From positions 1 through 47,393 of the forward strand of contig JAAZMX010000040.1 in the NCBI GenBank assembly GCA_012798565.1: a stretch of 47,393 bases of DNA, written 5' to 3'. Of this stretch, positions 14,923-23,971 are shown one piece after another. Below the pieces are notes generated by a model that saw only the letters and a list, made by a program, of their open reading frames with translations, did not search any database and had not been told where the DNA came from. Source of the DNA: Candidatus Kuenenbacteria bacterium (GTDB taxonomy: Bacteria; Patescibacteriota; Patescibacteriia; UBA2196; GWA2-42-15). How positions within the stretch are numbered: position 1 is the stretch's first letter; every line of letters starts with the position of its first letter. The position numbers and the translations under genes were made by a program.

Positions 14923-16344
14923 TTAATTGTTTTTCTTTTGGAGCCGGCGCACCACCAGGCGGATCGGCGCTCCGACAAATTGAAACTTTTCTCTGATGTT
15001 ATTGATAATATATTTTCTGTAACTTTCTTCCAATTCCTCATCTGAGCCCACCTCGCACTCAAAGACTGGCGGCTTGACACTGAGTTGTTGGAGTCTGGTA
15101 ACAAAAGCTCGCTTGACTGCTACCCGGCCACGGACATTGATTCTTTTTCTGGCTGGTGGTTGTTTTTTGATCAAAGATTTCAAAAATTTATTCAGGGCAT
15201 TGACCGGGATCTTTATTTTCTGGGCCGCCTCTACCTCCAAAATTAATTTTAATATTTTTTCCGTGTTAAAGCCAGTTTTGGCGCTCACCAAAACAATCGG
15301 CGCGTAAGACAAATGCGGGAAGGCCCAGCGGACATAGTCGCGGTATTCATCAACACTTTTTTCCTCGTCCCGCATTTTTACTAAATCATATTTATTGGCC
15401 ACGATAATCGCACCCACCCCAGATTCAGCGATAGTTTTGCCGAGTTGCAGATCCTGATGGCTCAGTCTCTCGTTTATGTCTACCATCACTATCGCCACAT
15501 CTATCCGGCGCAAAACTCCCCAAGTCATCTTTACTCCGCTTTCTTCCAGGCTTTCACGATCAATTTTGGCCTTGCGTCTGACTCCGGCCGTGTCAATGAT
15601 TATTATTTCCTTATCCTGATAATTAATTAACGTATCATTCGGCTCTCTGGTGGTGTGTGGCGTAGCTGAAACAATCGCTTTTTCTTCTCCGCTCAACCTG
15701 TTCAAGAGCGATGACTTACCCACGTTTGGCTTGCCGATAATCGCTACCCTAATCGCTCCCTTTTTTGATTTTTTGTGAGCTTTCTTTTTGAGACCTTTTA
15801 ACTGACTAATTATCTCTTCTAACAAGTCGCCGATTCCCGCGCCATTCACCGCCGAGATGAGCCATGGTTCACCCAGCCCCAGCTGATAAAAATCCGCTGT
15901 TTGTTCGCGCAGTTTGGCCGTATCGCATTTATTCACCGCCAAGAGAGACAATTTTTTACTTTGCCTTAAATAGCCAGCAATTTTTTTATCCTGGGGATTC
16001 AATCCTTCAATCGCATCTACTACCAAAATTACCAAATCACTCTTTTCTAGCGCCTGTCTGGCTTTTAATTCCACCTGCCGATCAATATCTTCCCCGGCTC
16101 CAAAACGCAATTTTTTTTCTTGTTTTTTTGTCAATTTTTGCAATTCTGCTTTTTGTTCTGACAAAAAACCGCCAGTATCCACCAGCTCAAATTCCTTGCC
16201 TTGCCAGTTAATCTCGGCATATTTCAAATCGCGCGTTGTTCCGGGAATAGCTGAAACCAAAGCCCGCCTGGTTTCCGAAAGGCGGTTGAATAAAGTTGAT
16301 TTGCCGACATTCGCCCGGCCGATAATTGTTACTGTTCCCAACAT
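14923..16344 (-). CDS. der: Ribosome-associated GTPase Der/EngA (tandem GTPase domains plus KH-like domain)
   Basis: Two P-loops (GRANVGKST and GKPNVGKSS), two DTGG/DTAG motifs and two NKCD/NKYD motifs. Confidence 0.95.
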   Translation of the reverse strand: MLGTVTIIGRANVGKSTLFNRLSETRRALVSAIPGTTRDLKYAEINWQGKEFELVDTGGFLSEQKAELQKLTKKQEKKLRFGAGEDIDRQVELKARQALEKSDLVILVVDAIEGLNPQDKKIAGYLRQSKKLSLLAVNKCDTAKLREQTADFYQLGLGEPWLISAVNGAGIGDLLEEIISQLKGLKKKAHKKSKKGAIRVAIIGKPNVGKSSLLNRLSGEEKAIVSATPHTTREPNDTLINYQDKEIIIIDTAGVRRKAKIDRESLEESGVKMTWGVLRRIDVAIVMVDINERLSHQDLQLGKTIAESGVGAIIVANKYDLVKMRDEEKSVDEYRDYVRWAFPHLSYAPIVLVSAKTGFNTEKILKLILEVEAAQKIKIPVNALNKFLKSLIKKQPPARKRINVRGRVAVKRAFVTRLQQLSVKPPVFECEVGSDEELEESYRKYIINNIREKFQFVGAPIRLVVRRLQKKNN

Positions 16345-16349
16345 AATAT

Positions 16350-17876
16350 TTAGTTAGCTGCTTGTGTTTTATCTATTTCTTCTGCCTCATTGATTTGTTT
16401 ATCTGTCGTCGTGGCCGTGTTAGCCGTTTGCTTTTCTCGCCACTCATTGATCGCTTTGATGTCATCAACCCGGTCATAGCCTGTCACCACTATAAAAGAA
16501 GCCTCAATTTTTACTTCTACCCCCTGATCATTGTTGCGGTATAGCGCTGATTGCAAAAACTCCGGCAACTCTTTGCTGGTGTGGGCGTCAAAACGTTCTT
16601 TCAGAAAAGTCAGGGCCTCCTTTTCAGCGCCATTTGTCAAATCGTAAATAACGGTTTTTTCAAAATTTTGGTTGGGCGAATTGGTAATTCTGCTCACCCT
16701 AAAACCAAGTGACTCCAAACTGGAAGACATATAAGTACCGAGCCCGTCAACTGTGGTGCCATTAGCGACAATCACGGGAATATTCTTTGCTGCGATTTCC
16801 TTAATGGTAAAAATATTTCGTACAAAACTTTTTAATTCACTATAGTCGCCGGTTTTAGGCACCAAGACAAATGCTCCCCCCTCAGTTATTGTCGGTTTTA
16901 ATAATCCGCCGGCCGAATCATCAATTACGTAGTTTTTCACCGTCTCAAAATCAATATCTTTAGCCACATTGATTATTTCCGGTATTTCCCAAGTGGCCAC
17001 ATTGGTTTGGATATTGTCCTTGACTGCGTCGAATATCTTGTAAAGCTTGTTGGGATTAAGAAATATCTTCCAACTTTTCAACTTATTCTTGACAGCCATG
17101 ATTATTTTTTGTTGCCGACGACTCCGAGCAAAATCTGAACCCTCGCCGTTATTGCCATGGCGCGAACGGGCGTATTGCAATGCTCGCGCGCCGTCCATGT
17201 GCTCGATTCCCTTTTCAAAGCTAATCGTTTGTATTTCATAATCGTCTGTGGGATATTGGTTGTCGACAAAACTTTTTTCTATTTCCACGTTAATCCCGCC
17301 GATTTCATCAATCACCCTCTTAAAGCCATTAAAGTCTATTCTTAAATAATAGTGAATTGGCACGCCAAATACCTCTTCTACTGTCTTGGCCGCCAGAGCT
17401 GAACCCCCGCCCGGATAATTGGTCGTTTCGCCATAAGCGCTGGCATTATTTATTTTCTGATAGCCGTTCCCCGATATTTTTACCAATAAATCACGCGGAA
17501 TGGAGATCAAGGAAGCTTCTTTTGTGGAGATCTTTAGACTCCCCAAAATCATAGTGTCGGTTAAAAGCGAACCATCATGACCCGCCCCCCCGATACCCAT
17601 GAGCAAAAAATTAATACGATCATCTTCTCCCCCGGATAGCTGGCTTTCATCACCCAGAAGCATTCTAAATTGGCTTATTACCGGCAGTCGTCCGATCAAG
17701 CGGCCAACTGAACCTTTGGAAAAAACCGCCTGAGACGACAAAATCCAAGTTAGAATAAACAAACCCACTAGGCCAAAAGCTGTTAAGCGCAAGAATTTAT
17801 AGATTAAACTATGTTTTTTTTCGAGCTCACCATCATCGTTAAATTGTGGCGGCACCAGATTTATATTATTTTCCAT
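16350..17876 (-). CDS. LytR-CpsA-Psr (LCP) family cell-envelope phosphotransferase with a LytR_C-like C-terminal domain
   Basis: N-terminal TM segment, then INFLLMGIGGAGHDGSLLTDTMIL...SIPRDL...ARSRH core. Confidence 0.85.
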   Translation of the reverse strand: MENNINLVPPQFNDDGELEKKHSLIYKFLRLTAFGLVGLFILTWILSSQAVFSKGSVGRLIGRLPVISQFRMLLGDESQLSGGEDDRINFLLMGIGGAGHDGSLLTDTMILGSLKISTKEASLISIPRDLLVKISGNGYQKINNASAYGETTNYPGGGSALAAKTVEEVFGVPIHYYLRIDFNGFKRVIDEIGGINVEIEKSFVDNQYPTDDYEIQTISFEKGIEHMDGARALQYARSRHGNNGEGSDFARSRRQQKIIMAVKNKLKSWKIFLNPNKLYKIFDAVKDNIQTNVATWEIPEIINVAKDIDFETVKNYVIDDSAGGLLKPTITEGGAFVLVPKTGDYSELKSFVRNIFTIKEIAAKNIPVIVANGTTVDGLGTYMSSSLESLGFRVSRITNSPNQNFEKTVIYDLTNGAEKEALTFLKERFDAHTSKELPEFLQSALYRNNDQGVEVKIEASFIVVTGYDRVDDIKAINEWREKQTANTATTTDKQINEAEEIDKTQAAN

Positions 17877-18099
17877 TTTTTCTTATATAAAACTTAAAGC
17901 CCCGCTAAGAGCTCTCTTTCTTTTATATAATATACTATAGGCATTCTTGCGTCAATTAAAAAAATATGTTATCATTATTGCAAATTAGCTAATATTAGCA
18001 GAAAATATTATCAACCTTGGGCAGTTAACTCGTTTATCTGTCTCCTTCTATACTTATTTTAAAAAGCTTACTTTCAAAATAGATTAAAAAATATTTTCC

Positions 18100-18156
18100 G
18101 GTCGTGCAGCTCAGTTGGTTCGAGTAGTCTGATGGCTATCGGATAGGCCGCTGGTT
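18100..18156 (+). pseudogene. tRNA-like 5' fragment (acceptor, D-arm, aberrant anticodon arm, first half of the T-stem)
   Basis: GGTCGTG CA GCTC AGTTGGTTC GAGT ... GCTGGTT. The anticodon region folds as a 6-bp stem with a 4-nt loop, and the sequence breaks off in the T-arm just before the GIY-YIG gene. Confidence 0.4.
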
Positions 18157-18171
18157 TTTAAAAATAAATTT

Positions 18172-18441
18172 ATGACACAACCAGGTGTCTATATTTTACA
18201 GAGTATAAAAAATGGGTATTATTATATTGGCAGCACCAATAATATTGAACGGAGAATGAAGGAACACCAAGGTGGACAGTCTAGGGCTACGAGACATTTA
18301 AGACCACTGGAATTACGTTTATTTTACCCAGTGAAAACACTTTCTGAAGCCAGAAGTTTGGAGCATAGATTAAAGCGAGCAAAAAATAGAAAATTAATAA
18401 ACCAAATAATTATTGATCAAGATATTAAAATGGACGCATAG
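18172..18441 (+). CDS. Small stand-alone GIY-YIG nuclease-domain protein
   Basis: GVYILQS...GYYYIGSTNNIERRMKEH...R...E motifs. The stop codon TAG at 18439-18441 lies inside the first bases of tRNA-Val. Confidence 0.85.
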   Translation: MTQPGVYILQSIKNGYYYIGSTNNIERRMKEHQGGQSRATRHLRPLELRLFYPVKTLSEARSLEHRLKRAKNRKLINQIIIDQDIKMDA

Positions 18442-18508
18442 CTCAGCTGGTTAGAGCGCGCCGTTCACATCGGCGAGGTCCCTGGTTCGAGTCCAGGTGC
18501 GTCCACCA
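18432..18508 (+). tRNA. tRNA-Val (anticodon CAC), CCA encoded
   Basis: Manual cloverleaf: GGACGCA/TGCGTCC acceptor, GCTC/GAGC D-stem, CGCCG-TTCACAT-CGGCG anticodon arm, CCTGG-TTCGAGT-CCAGG T-arm, then ACCA. Confidence 0.9.
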
Positions 18509-18511
18509 TAA

Positions 18512-18577
18512 TAGCTGGTTAGAGCGGTCCGATGTACTTCGGACAGGTCGCTGGTCCGAGTCCAGCATTGCCCACCA
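18512..18577 (+). pseudogene. tRNA-like 3' fragment (partial D-arm through CCA) with an irregular anticodon loop
   Basis: TAGCT-GGTTAGAGC G GTCCG ATGTACTT CGGAC AGGTC GCTGG TCCGAGT CCAGC ATTGCCC ACCA. There is no matching 5' acceptor strand. It is homologous to fragment 18100-18156. Confidence 0.4.
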
Positions 18578-18607
18578 GAAAATTTAAATTATTTTTACCA
18601 ATTAACA

Positions 18608-18683
18608 GTGCGCCGTTCACATCGGCGGGGGTTGTGAAGATTGGGTATCTTCACAATGACTCAAGCCCAGTCGCGGGCACCCA
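18608..18683 (+). pseudogene. tRNA-Val-derived 3' half with a 25-nt hairpin in the variable region
   Basis: The 18-nt GCGCCGTTCACATCGGCG (18610-18627) is identical to tRNA-Val 18458-18475. It is followed by a perfect 10-bp hairpin, TTGTGAAGAT-TGGGT-ATCTTCACAA, and a diverged T-arm/acceptor ending CCA. Confidence 0.4.
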
Positions 18684-18708
18684 AGTTTATTATCAAGTAA
18701 AAAATCTT

Positions 18709-19326
18709 ATGTCGTTTATTGAAAAACCCGAAGAAAAACCTAGTTTTGAGCCGGCCTCCAACCAAGAGAGCCTCACAGATCAAATCAAGGAGTTTATCTG
18801 GGAAACAATCAAAGTTGTTGTTTTCTCTCTAATCATTATTATTCCCGTCCGTTATTTTTTGATCCAGCCTTTTTATGTTAAAGGTGCTTCTATGGAGCCG
18901 AATTTTTTTGATCATGAATATCTTGTAATTGATGAAATTTCCTATCGGCTCGGCGAGATAAACCGGGGTGATGTTGTTGTTTTCCGTTATCCCAATGACC
19001 CCAGTCAATATTTTATCAAACGAATTATTGGCCTACCAGGCGAGACCGTCGCTATCAAAGATGGCAAAGTTTTTATTACCAACAGCACGCGTCTGGACGG
19101 TTTCTATTTGGACGAAAGCTCTTATCTTCCCAATACCTACACCCAAGGGGACAAAGAACTCAATCTTTCCGCCACCGAATACTTTGTTTTGGGTGATAAC
19201 CGCGATTCCTCTCTTGACTCGCGCATTTTCGGACCAATTGATCGCTCTTCCATTGTTGGTCGAGCCTGGGTCCGTGGCTGGCCTTTTAATCGACTTCAGG
19301 TTTTTTCTACCCCCGCTTATAATTAA
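18709..19326 (+). CDS. lepB: Signal peptidase I
   Basis: KGASMEPN (catalytic Ser box), RGDVVVF, YIKRIIGLPGE and GDNRDSSLDSR boxes. The ATG at 18709 is preferred, because the track ORF extension reads through tRNA fragments. Confidence 0.9.
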   Translation: MSFIEKPEEKPSFEPASNQESLTDQIKEFIWETIKVVVFSLIIIIPVRYFLIQPFYVKGASMEPNFFDHEYLVIDEISYRLGEINRGDVVVFRYPNDPSQYFIKRIIGLPGETVAIKDGKVFITNSTRLDGFYLDESSYLPNTYTQGDKELNLSATEYFVLGDNRDSSLDSRIFGPIDRSSIVGRAWVRGWPFNRLQVFSTPAYN

Positions 19327-19349
19327 TAATTTCCACAAATATTTTATTT

Positions 19350-20921
19350 ATGGCCAAAACAGTCAACAAACCAATTCAATTACTCAAAGGTTTTAAAGAC
19401 ATCCTGCCGGAACACCAGGCCTACTGGGATTATTTTTTGTATGAAGCAGAGCGTATCATTATCAACTATGGTTTCAAAAAAATTGATGTGCCGGTTTTAG
19501 AACAATCAGCCCTTTATTATAAGGGTACCGGCAAGCATACGGACATTGTCACCAAAGAGTTATATAGTTTTGAAGACAAGGGCGGAGAAAATGTCACTCT
19601 GCGGCCAGAGTTTACGCCCGGTGTTTGCCGCGCTTATATTGAGCATGGTATGTTCAACAAACCTCAGCCGGTCAAGCTTTATACTCATGGGCCTATTTTT
19701 CGTCATGATAACCCGCAATCTGGCCGCTACCGCCAATTCCACCAGTTGGATTTGGAGGTTATCGGCACTGACAGCCCGGTTATTGATGCTCAATTAGTGA
19801 TCATCGCTTATCGCATTTTAGAGGCTGTTGGCTTACCGCCCCTCGTGCACATCAACAGCATTGGTTGTCCCGAATGCCGTGCTGCCTATGTTGCCAAATT
19901 AAAACAATATTTATCTTCCGGCGGGCACAAGAAGCTCCTCTGTGAGACTTGTAAAGAGCGCTATGTCAAAAACCCCTTGCGCATTTTGGATTGCAAAGAA
20001 GAAGGTTGCCGCCAAGTACTCTCTGAGGCACCCCAGATTGTTGATTCTCTTTGTGATGACTGCCGCAAGCATTTCATGCAGGTTTTGGAATACCTGGACG
20101 ATATGGGCATTGAATACACCCTAGACGTTCAGTTAGTTCGCGGTTTGGATTATTATACTCGCACTACCTTTGAAATTTTTCTGAAAGAAGAAGGAAATGA
20201 AACGCCGATCGCCCTCTTGGGCGGGGGACGTTTCGACGGACTTTTGGAAATTTTGGGTGGCCGGCCCACTCCCGCCGCTGGCTTGGCCATCGGTATTGAG
20301 CGCGTGATCAATAAGTTGCGCGAGCACCGGCCCGATCTTCAGGGCCAAGAAAATATTGATATTTTTGTGGCCCAGCTTGGAACTGAAGCACGCAAAGAAG
20401 GTTTTAAACTATATGAAAAGTTGATCAGTGAAGGCTTTCGAGTTAGTGAAAGCTTTTCCAAAGACGGTCTCAAGGCTCAGCTGGAAAAAGCCGATGCCCT
20501 GCATGCCAAATTCACCCTGATCATCGGCCAGAAAGAATTGATGGACCGCACGATTATCGTTCGCGATATGAGCTCTGGTATTCAGGAAATAGTCAATTAT
20601 GACAAGATTATTCCTGAGATCAAAAAGCGCCTGGATCCCAATATCAATACGATCAAAAGTTATCGTCTGGAGAGTATTAAAATCGGGGATAAAAAACATG
20701 ACGAAGCCCAGCCTGCCAGCTTGCTAGAACCGGTCGAACATCAGCCGCGCCATACCGACGACAACATCAATAATCACGAGGGTTTTTCTGATGCCGACTA
20801 TGATTTGGAAGATGATGAAGTTGAAGACGAGTTAGATGATGAAGAAGAAGAATCGGGTTTGGCTGAGGAAACGGAAGACTCGGATTATGATTATCAGTAT
20901 AGTTCCAAAGATGATCTCTAA
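19350..20921 (+). CDS. hisS: Histidine--tRNA ligase with a C-terminal acidic low-complexity extension
   Basis: Class II aaRS motifs (LRPEFT, FRHDNPQSGRYRQFHQ, GGGRFDGL), a Cys-rich insertion and an anticodon-binding domain, followed by a D/E-rich tail of about 80 aa. Confidence 0.95.
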   Translation: MAKTVNKPIQLLKGFKDILPEHQAYWDYFLYEAERIIINYGFKKIDVPVLEQSALYYKGTGKHTDIVTKELYSFEDKGGENVTLRPEFTPGVCRAYIEHGMFNKPQPVKLYTHGPIFRHDNPQSGRYRQFHQLDLEVIGTDSPVIDAQLVIIAYRILEAVGLPPLVHINSIGCPECRAAYVAKLKQYLSSGGHKKLLCETCKERYVKNPLRILDCKEEGCRQVLSEAPQIVDSLCDDCRKHFMQVLEYLDDMGIEYTLDVQLVRGLDYYTRTTFEIFLKEEGNETPIALLGGGRFDGLLEILGGRPTPAAGLAIGIERVINKLREHRPDLQGQENIDIFVAQLGTEARKEGFKLYEKLISEGFRVSESFSKDGLKAQLEKADALHAKFTLIIGQKELMDRTIIVRDMSSGIQEIVNYDKIIPEIKKRLDPNINTIKSYRLESIKIGDKKHDEAQPASLLEPVEHQPRHTDDNINNHEGFSDADYDLEDDEVEDELDDEEEESGLAEETEDSDYDYQYSSKDDL

Positions 20922-22162
20922 TGAAAACTTTTTATCTTATTACTTTCGGGTGTAAATTAAATCAGGCGGAATCAGATATGATCTCCGCCGATTTAATTTC
21001 TCTTGGTTTGAAGCCAGCGTCTCAGCCGTTGGCCGATTTGATTATTGTCAACGCCTGCGCCGTCACAGCCAAGGCTGAGTTGGAAGTTACCAGAAAAATT
21101 CATCAGCTCCAAAAATTTCGCTCGCGCGCTAAAATAATTTTCACCGGCTGTTTTTCAATTCAAGAAATCCCCGGGGTTGATCTGGTTGTGCCCGGCAGTC
21201 AAAAAGAAAAAATAAAAAAGATTGTTGCCGCCTGGTTGCCGCCAGCTGTCAAATTGCCAACCGCCACCATTGCCCCCCAGTCCGGTACCCATCCCCACCG
21301 CGCTTTTATCAAAATCCAGACCGGTTGCCATAATTTTTGCTCCTACTGTCTGGTGCCATTTTTGCGCGGTTTGCCGGTTAGTCGTCCCGCCTCGCAGATT
21401 GTTACTGCTATAAAAAAATCCGTCGGGCAGGGCTTGCAAGAAGTGGTTTTGACCGGAGTCAATATTGGCTTGTACGAAACCCAAAACTCAATTAACAGCC
21501 CCAAAAATAATTCCCTATCCCTGGTTGAATTATTAAGATTAATTCTTTCCAAGACCGACATGCCACGTATCCGTCTGGGCTCACTCTGGCCCACGCACAT
21601 TACTCCGGGGTTGATTCGCCTCTATGCCAAGGAACCCCGTCTGTTGCCGCATTTTCACTTGAGCATTCAGTCTGGCTCCAATCGCATTTTAAAATTAATG
21701 AACCGCCGCTATACCCGAGAAGAAGTTATCAAAATCACCCGCGCTTGCCGGCGTCAGATTCCGGATGTCAATTTTACCTGTGATATCATCGTCGGTTTCC
21801 CGGGCGAAACCGAGAAAGATTTCCAAAATACTTGTGACTTAGTTAAAACCATCGGCTTTTCTAAAGTGCATATTTTCCAATTCTCCCCGCGTCCCAACAC
21901 CGGAGCAGCAGCAATGTCAGGCCAGATTCCGGGGTCAATCAAAAAGGCTAGATATCAAAGACTGTTTGCCCTGGCTGAAATAGTTGCCCGCCGCGAAAAA
22001 AATAAATTTAAAAATAAAAAACTCCCCGTGCTCTGGGAAGGGATTGCCGCTGGCTGGCAATATGGTTTTACCAGTAATTACTTGCGCGTCAAAAAGAAAG
22101 TTAAACCCGGGGAAAATTGGGAGAACCAGATAGAGGAATTCAGAATTAAAAATTTTATTTAA
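20921..22162 (+). CDS. mtaB: Radical-SAM methylthiotransferase, MtaB/MiaB-like
   Basis: N-terminal UPF0004 domain (TFGCKLNQAESD), the radical SAM CHNFCSYC motif and a C-terminal TRAM-like region. Its start overlaps the hisS stop (TAATG). Confidence 0.75.
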   Translation: MKTFYLITFGCKLNQAESDMISADLISLGLKPASQPLADLIIVNACAVTAKAELEVTRKIHQLQKFRSRAKIIFTGCFSIQEIPGVDLVVPGSQKEKIKKIVAAWLPPAVKLPTATIAPQSGTHPHRAFIKIQTGCHNFCSYCLVPFLRGLPVSRPASQIVTAIKKSVGQGLQEVVLTGVNIGLYETQNSINSPKNNSLSLVELLRLILSKTDMPRIRLGSLWPTHITPGLIRLYAKEPRLLPHFHLSIQSGSNRILKLMNRRYTREEVIKITRACRRQIPDVNFTCDIIVGFPGETEKDFQNTCDLVKTIGFSKVHIFQFSPRPNTGAAAMSGQIPGSIKKARYQRLFALAEIVARREKNKFKNKKLPVLWEGIAAGWQYGFTSNYLRVKKKVKPGENWENQIEEFRIKNFI

Positions 22163-22258
22163 AAAGCGACACCCGAGAGTGCCGTTTTTTATAGACGTTG
22201 GTTCGTCAAACCGAGGCGACAAAATCACCCCATTTAGCTTCCACCCTGTCCATATCCT

Positions 22259-23608
22259 TTAAATTATTTTTTTATTTTCTTTTATCAGCTTCTTGTATTC
22301 CTTCCCTTTCTCTCGGTAATCCGAATAAAAATCATAACTAGACGCGGCTGGCGAGAGGGCTACTGCTTCTCCCGGTTTGGTATATTTAAACGCCGCCGCG
22401 ACCGTCTGCCGCATATTTTTCACCGGGATAATTTTTGCCGCCGTTTTTATTCTCCTCAGTTCCCGCGCCATGGTTTCGCCAGTATGTGGCCAGCAGATCA
22501 CTGTTCGGATTTTTGCTTTTTTGATTTCTCTTGCCAAGTTAGCATAATTCAATCCTCGATCAAAACCGCCAACGATTAGTGTTTGCAAGTTTTTGTCCCG
22601 TAAAGTCTTAACCGCCGCAAGCGTTGACTCTGGCGTGGTAGAAAGCACATCATTATAAAAGTTTATTCCGTGGAATTTTCCCACCAACTCCAGCCGATGT
22701 TCCAATGACTGAAATTTCGCAAGCGCTTTTTTAATGTCGGCATCCCCGATTTTCCAATACTTAGCCACGGCCATTGCGCCAGCGATATTTTGTTGATTGT
22801 GTTCCCCGAGCAGATGCGAGATTGCCACGTCGCCTCGCAGTAGCGAGCCTCCTCGCAATGACAGGGAAGGATAACCAATCGCTTTGGTGGCTGATTGTTT
22901 TTTGATAAAGTCAGCCACTCGTTTAAAATTTTGATTATAAACTACTGCCCCGCCTTTTTTCAAATGTCGAACAATATTCATCTTGGCTTGAAAGTAATTG
23001 GTGAGACTGCCATGATAATTCAAATGTTCCGGATAAAAGCTGGTCATCACCGCCATGTCCAATTTTTCTGTCAAAGTATCCAATTGGTAAGAAGATAATT
23101 CAGCTACGAAAATTGTCTGTTTGGAATCTTTATTAATATAGTCCAAAAACGGTTTGCCAATATTGCCAACCAAGACAGTCTTTTTGCCGGCCTGCTTCAA
23201 TATCTCATAAATCAAACTAGCCGTGGTGCTCTTGCCCTTGGTACCGGTCACGCCGACCACCCGGCCTTGGAGATTGGCGAGGAAAATATTCAAATTAGTA
23301 GTCACCCATGTTCCTTGCTGAGCCAGTTTTTTAGTTAGCTTGTCCGGCAGTTTGATACCTGATGTTTTGATGATGACCTCAAATTGCTCCAGATTTTTCA
23401 GATAATTCTGGCCCAAATTCAAGACCAGATTCTTGTCTTTTTTGAGCCAGTTTCTTTCCGTCGGGCCGAACTGCGCCAAGGTATTCTGATCAGCCACGCC
23501 AATCAATTGTTTCGGATAATATTTTCGCAAATATCGTAAAGACGATTGGCCTTCCCGGCCAAAGCCCAAGATTAAGATTTTTTTATTTTTGAGTTCTCCA
23601 GTTTTCAT
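22259..23608 (-). CDS. murD: UDP-N-acetylmuramoyl-L-alanine--glutamate ligase (MurD family)
   Basis: ILGFGREGQS N-terminal Rossmann fold, the GVTGTKGKSTT P-loop, and LLGEHNQQNIAGAMAVA ... EHRLE. Confidence 0.9.
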   Translation of the reverse strand: MKTGELKNKKILILGFGREGQSSLRYLRKYYPKQLIGVADQNTLAQFGPTERNWLKKDKNLVLNLGQNYLKNLEQFEVIIKTSGIKLPDKLTKKLAQQGTWVTTNLNIFLANLQGRVVGVTGTKGKSTTASLIYEILKQAGKKTVLVGNIGKPFLDYINKDSKQTIFVAELSSYQLDTLTEKLDMAVMTSFYPEHLNYHGSLTNYFQAKMNIVRHLKKGGAVVYNQNFKRVADFIKKQSATKAIGYPSLSLRGGSLLRGDVAISHLLGEHNQQNIAGAMAVAKYWKIGDADIKKALAKFQSLEHRLELVGKFHGINFYNDVLSTTPESTLAAVKTLRDKNLQTLIVGGFDRGLNYANLAREIKKAKIRTVICWPHTGETMARELRRIKTAAKIIPVKNMRQTVAAAFKYTKPGEAVALSPAASSYDFYSDYREKGKEYKKLIKENKKII

Positions 23609-23650
23609 ATTCCCAGCTTAACAAAAATACCGGCCAAAGTAAAATTATGG

Positions 23651-23689
23651 CAGAAAAAAAGAAAAGCCGTCAGTTGTTACTAACGGCTT
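23651..23689 (-). terminator. Rho-independent terminator after the small membrane ORF
   Basis: On the minus strand: GAAGCCGTTAGTAACAACTGACGGCTT followed by TTCTTTTTTTC. Confidence 0.55.
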
Positions 23690-23955
23690 CATTTCGGCCA
23701 TAAAGAAATAAGGCTGACCATCAGGGCTACGGCGATGAAGATTATGAGACGGATATTGAAGTCCCTATCTCTCAATCTTCTATCCATAAACCAAGGTGAC
23801 CGCTCTCTGATCGCGGCTGTAGCAATCAACGCGCAGGCATTCAGCCCGACTATCACCCACTTCCAGTCGGATTGCAAATTCATTGCCAAACTCAATCCGA
23901 TCAATGCCCCGGCCATCGCCCCTAACCGCAACATTCCCAACAGGAATTTTCTCAC
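23689..23955 (-). CDS. Small (88 aa) three-TM membrane protein, unknown function
   Basis: GTG start preceded by AGGAG at 6-nt spacing. Two sampled 60-nt lines are about 50% G+C, against about 33% in a sampled murD line. Confidence 0.5.
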   Translation of the reverse strand: MRKFLLGMLRLGAMAGALIGLSLAMNLQSDWKWVIVGLNACALIATAAIRERSPWFMDRRLRDRDFNIRLIIFIAVALMVSLISLWPK

Positions 23956-23971
23956 TTTTTACTCCTATCTC

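Noticed and set aside
18532-18708. N-terminal 59 codons of the track ORF 18532..19326
   Set aside because: This extension reads straight through tRNA-derived fragments. The signal-peptidase homology starts after the ATG at 18709.
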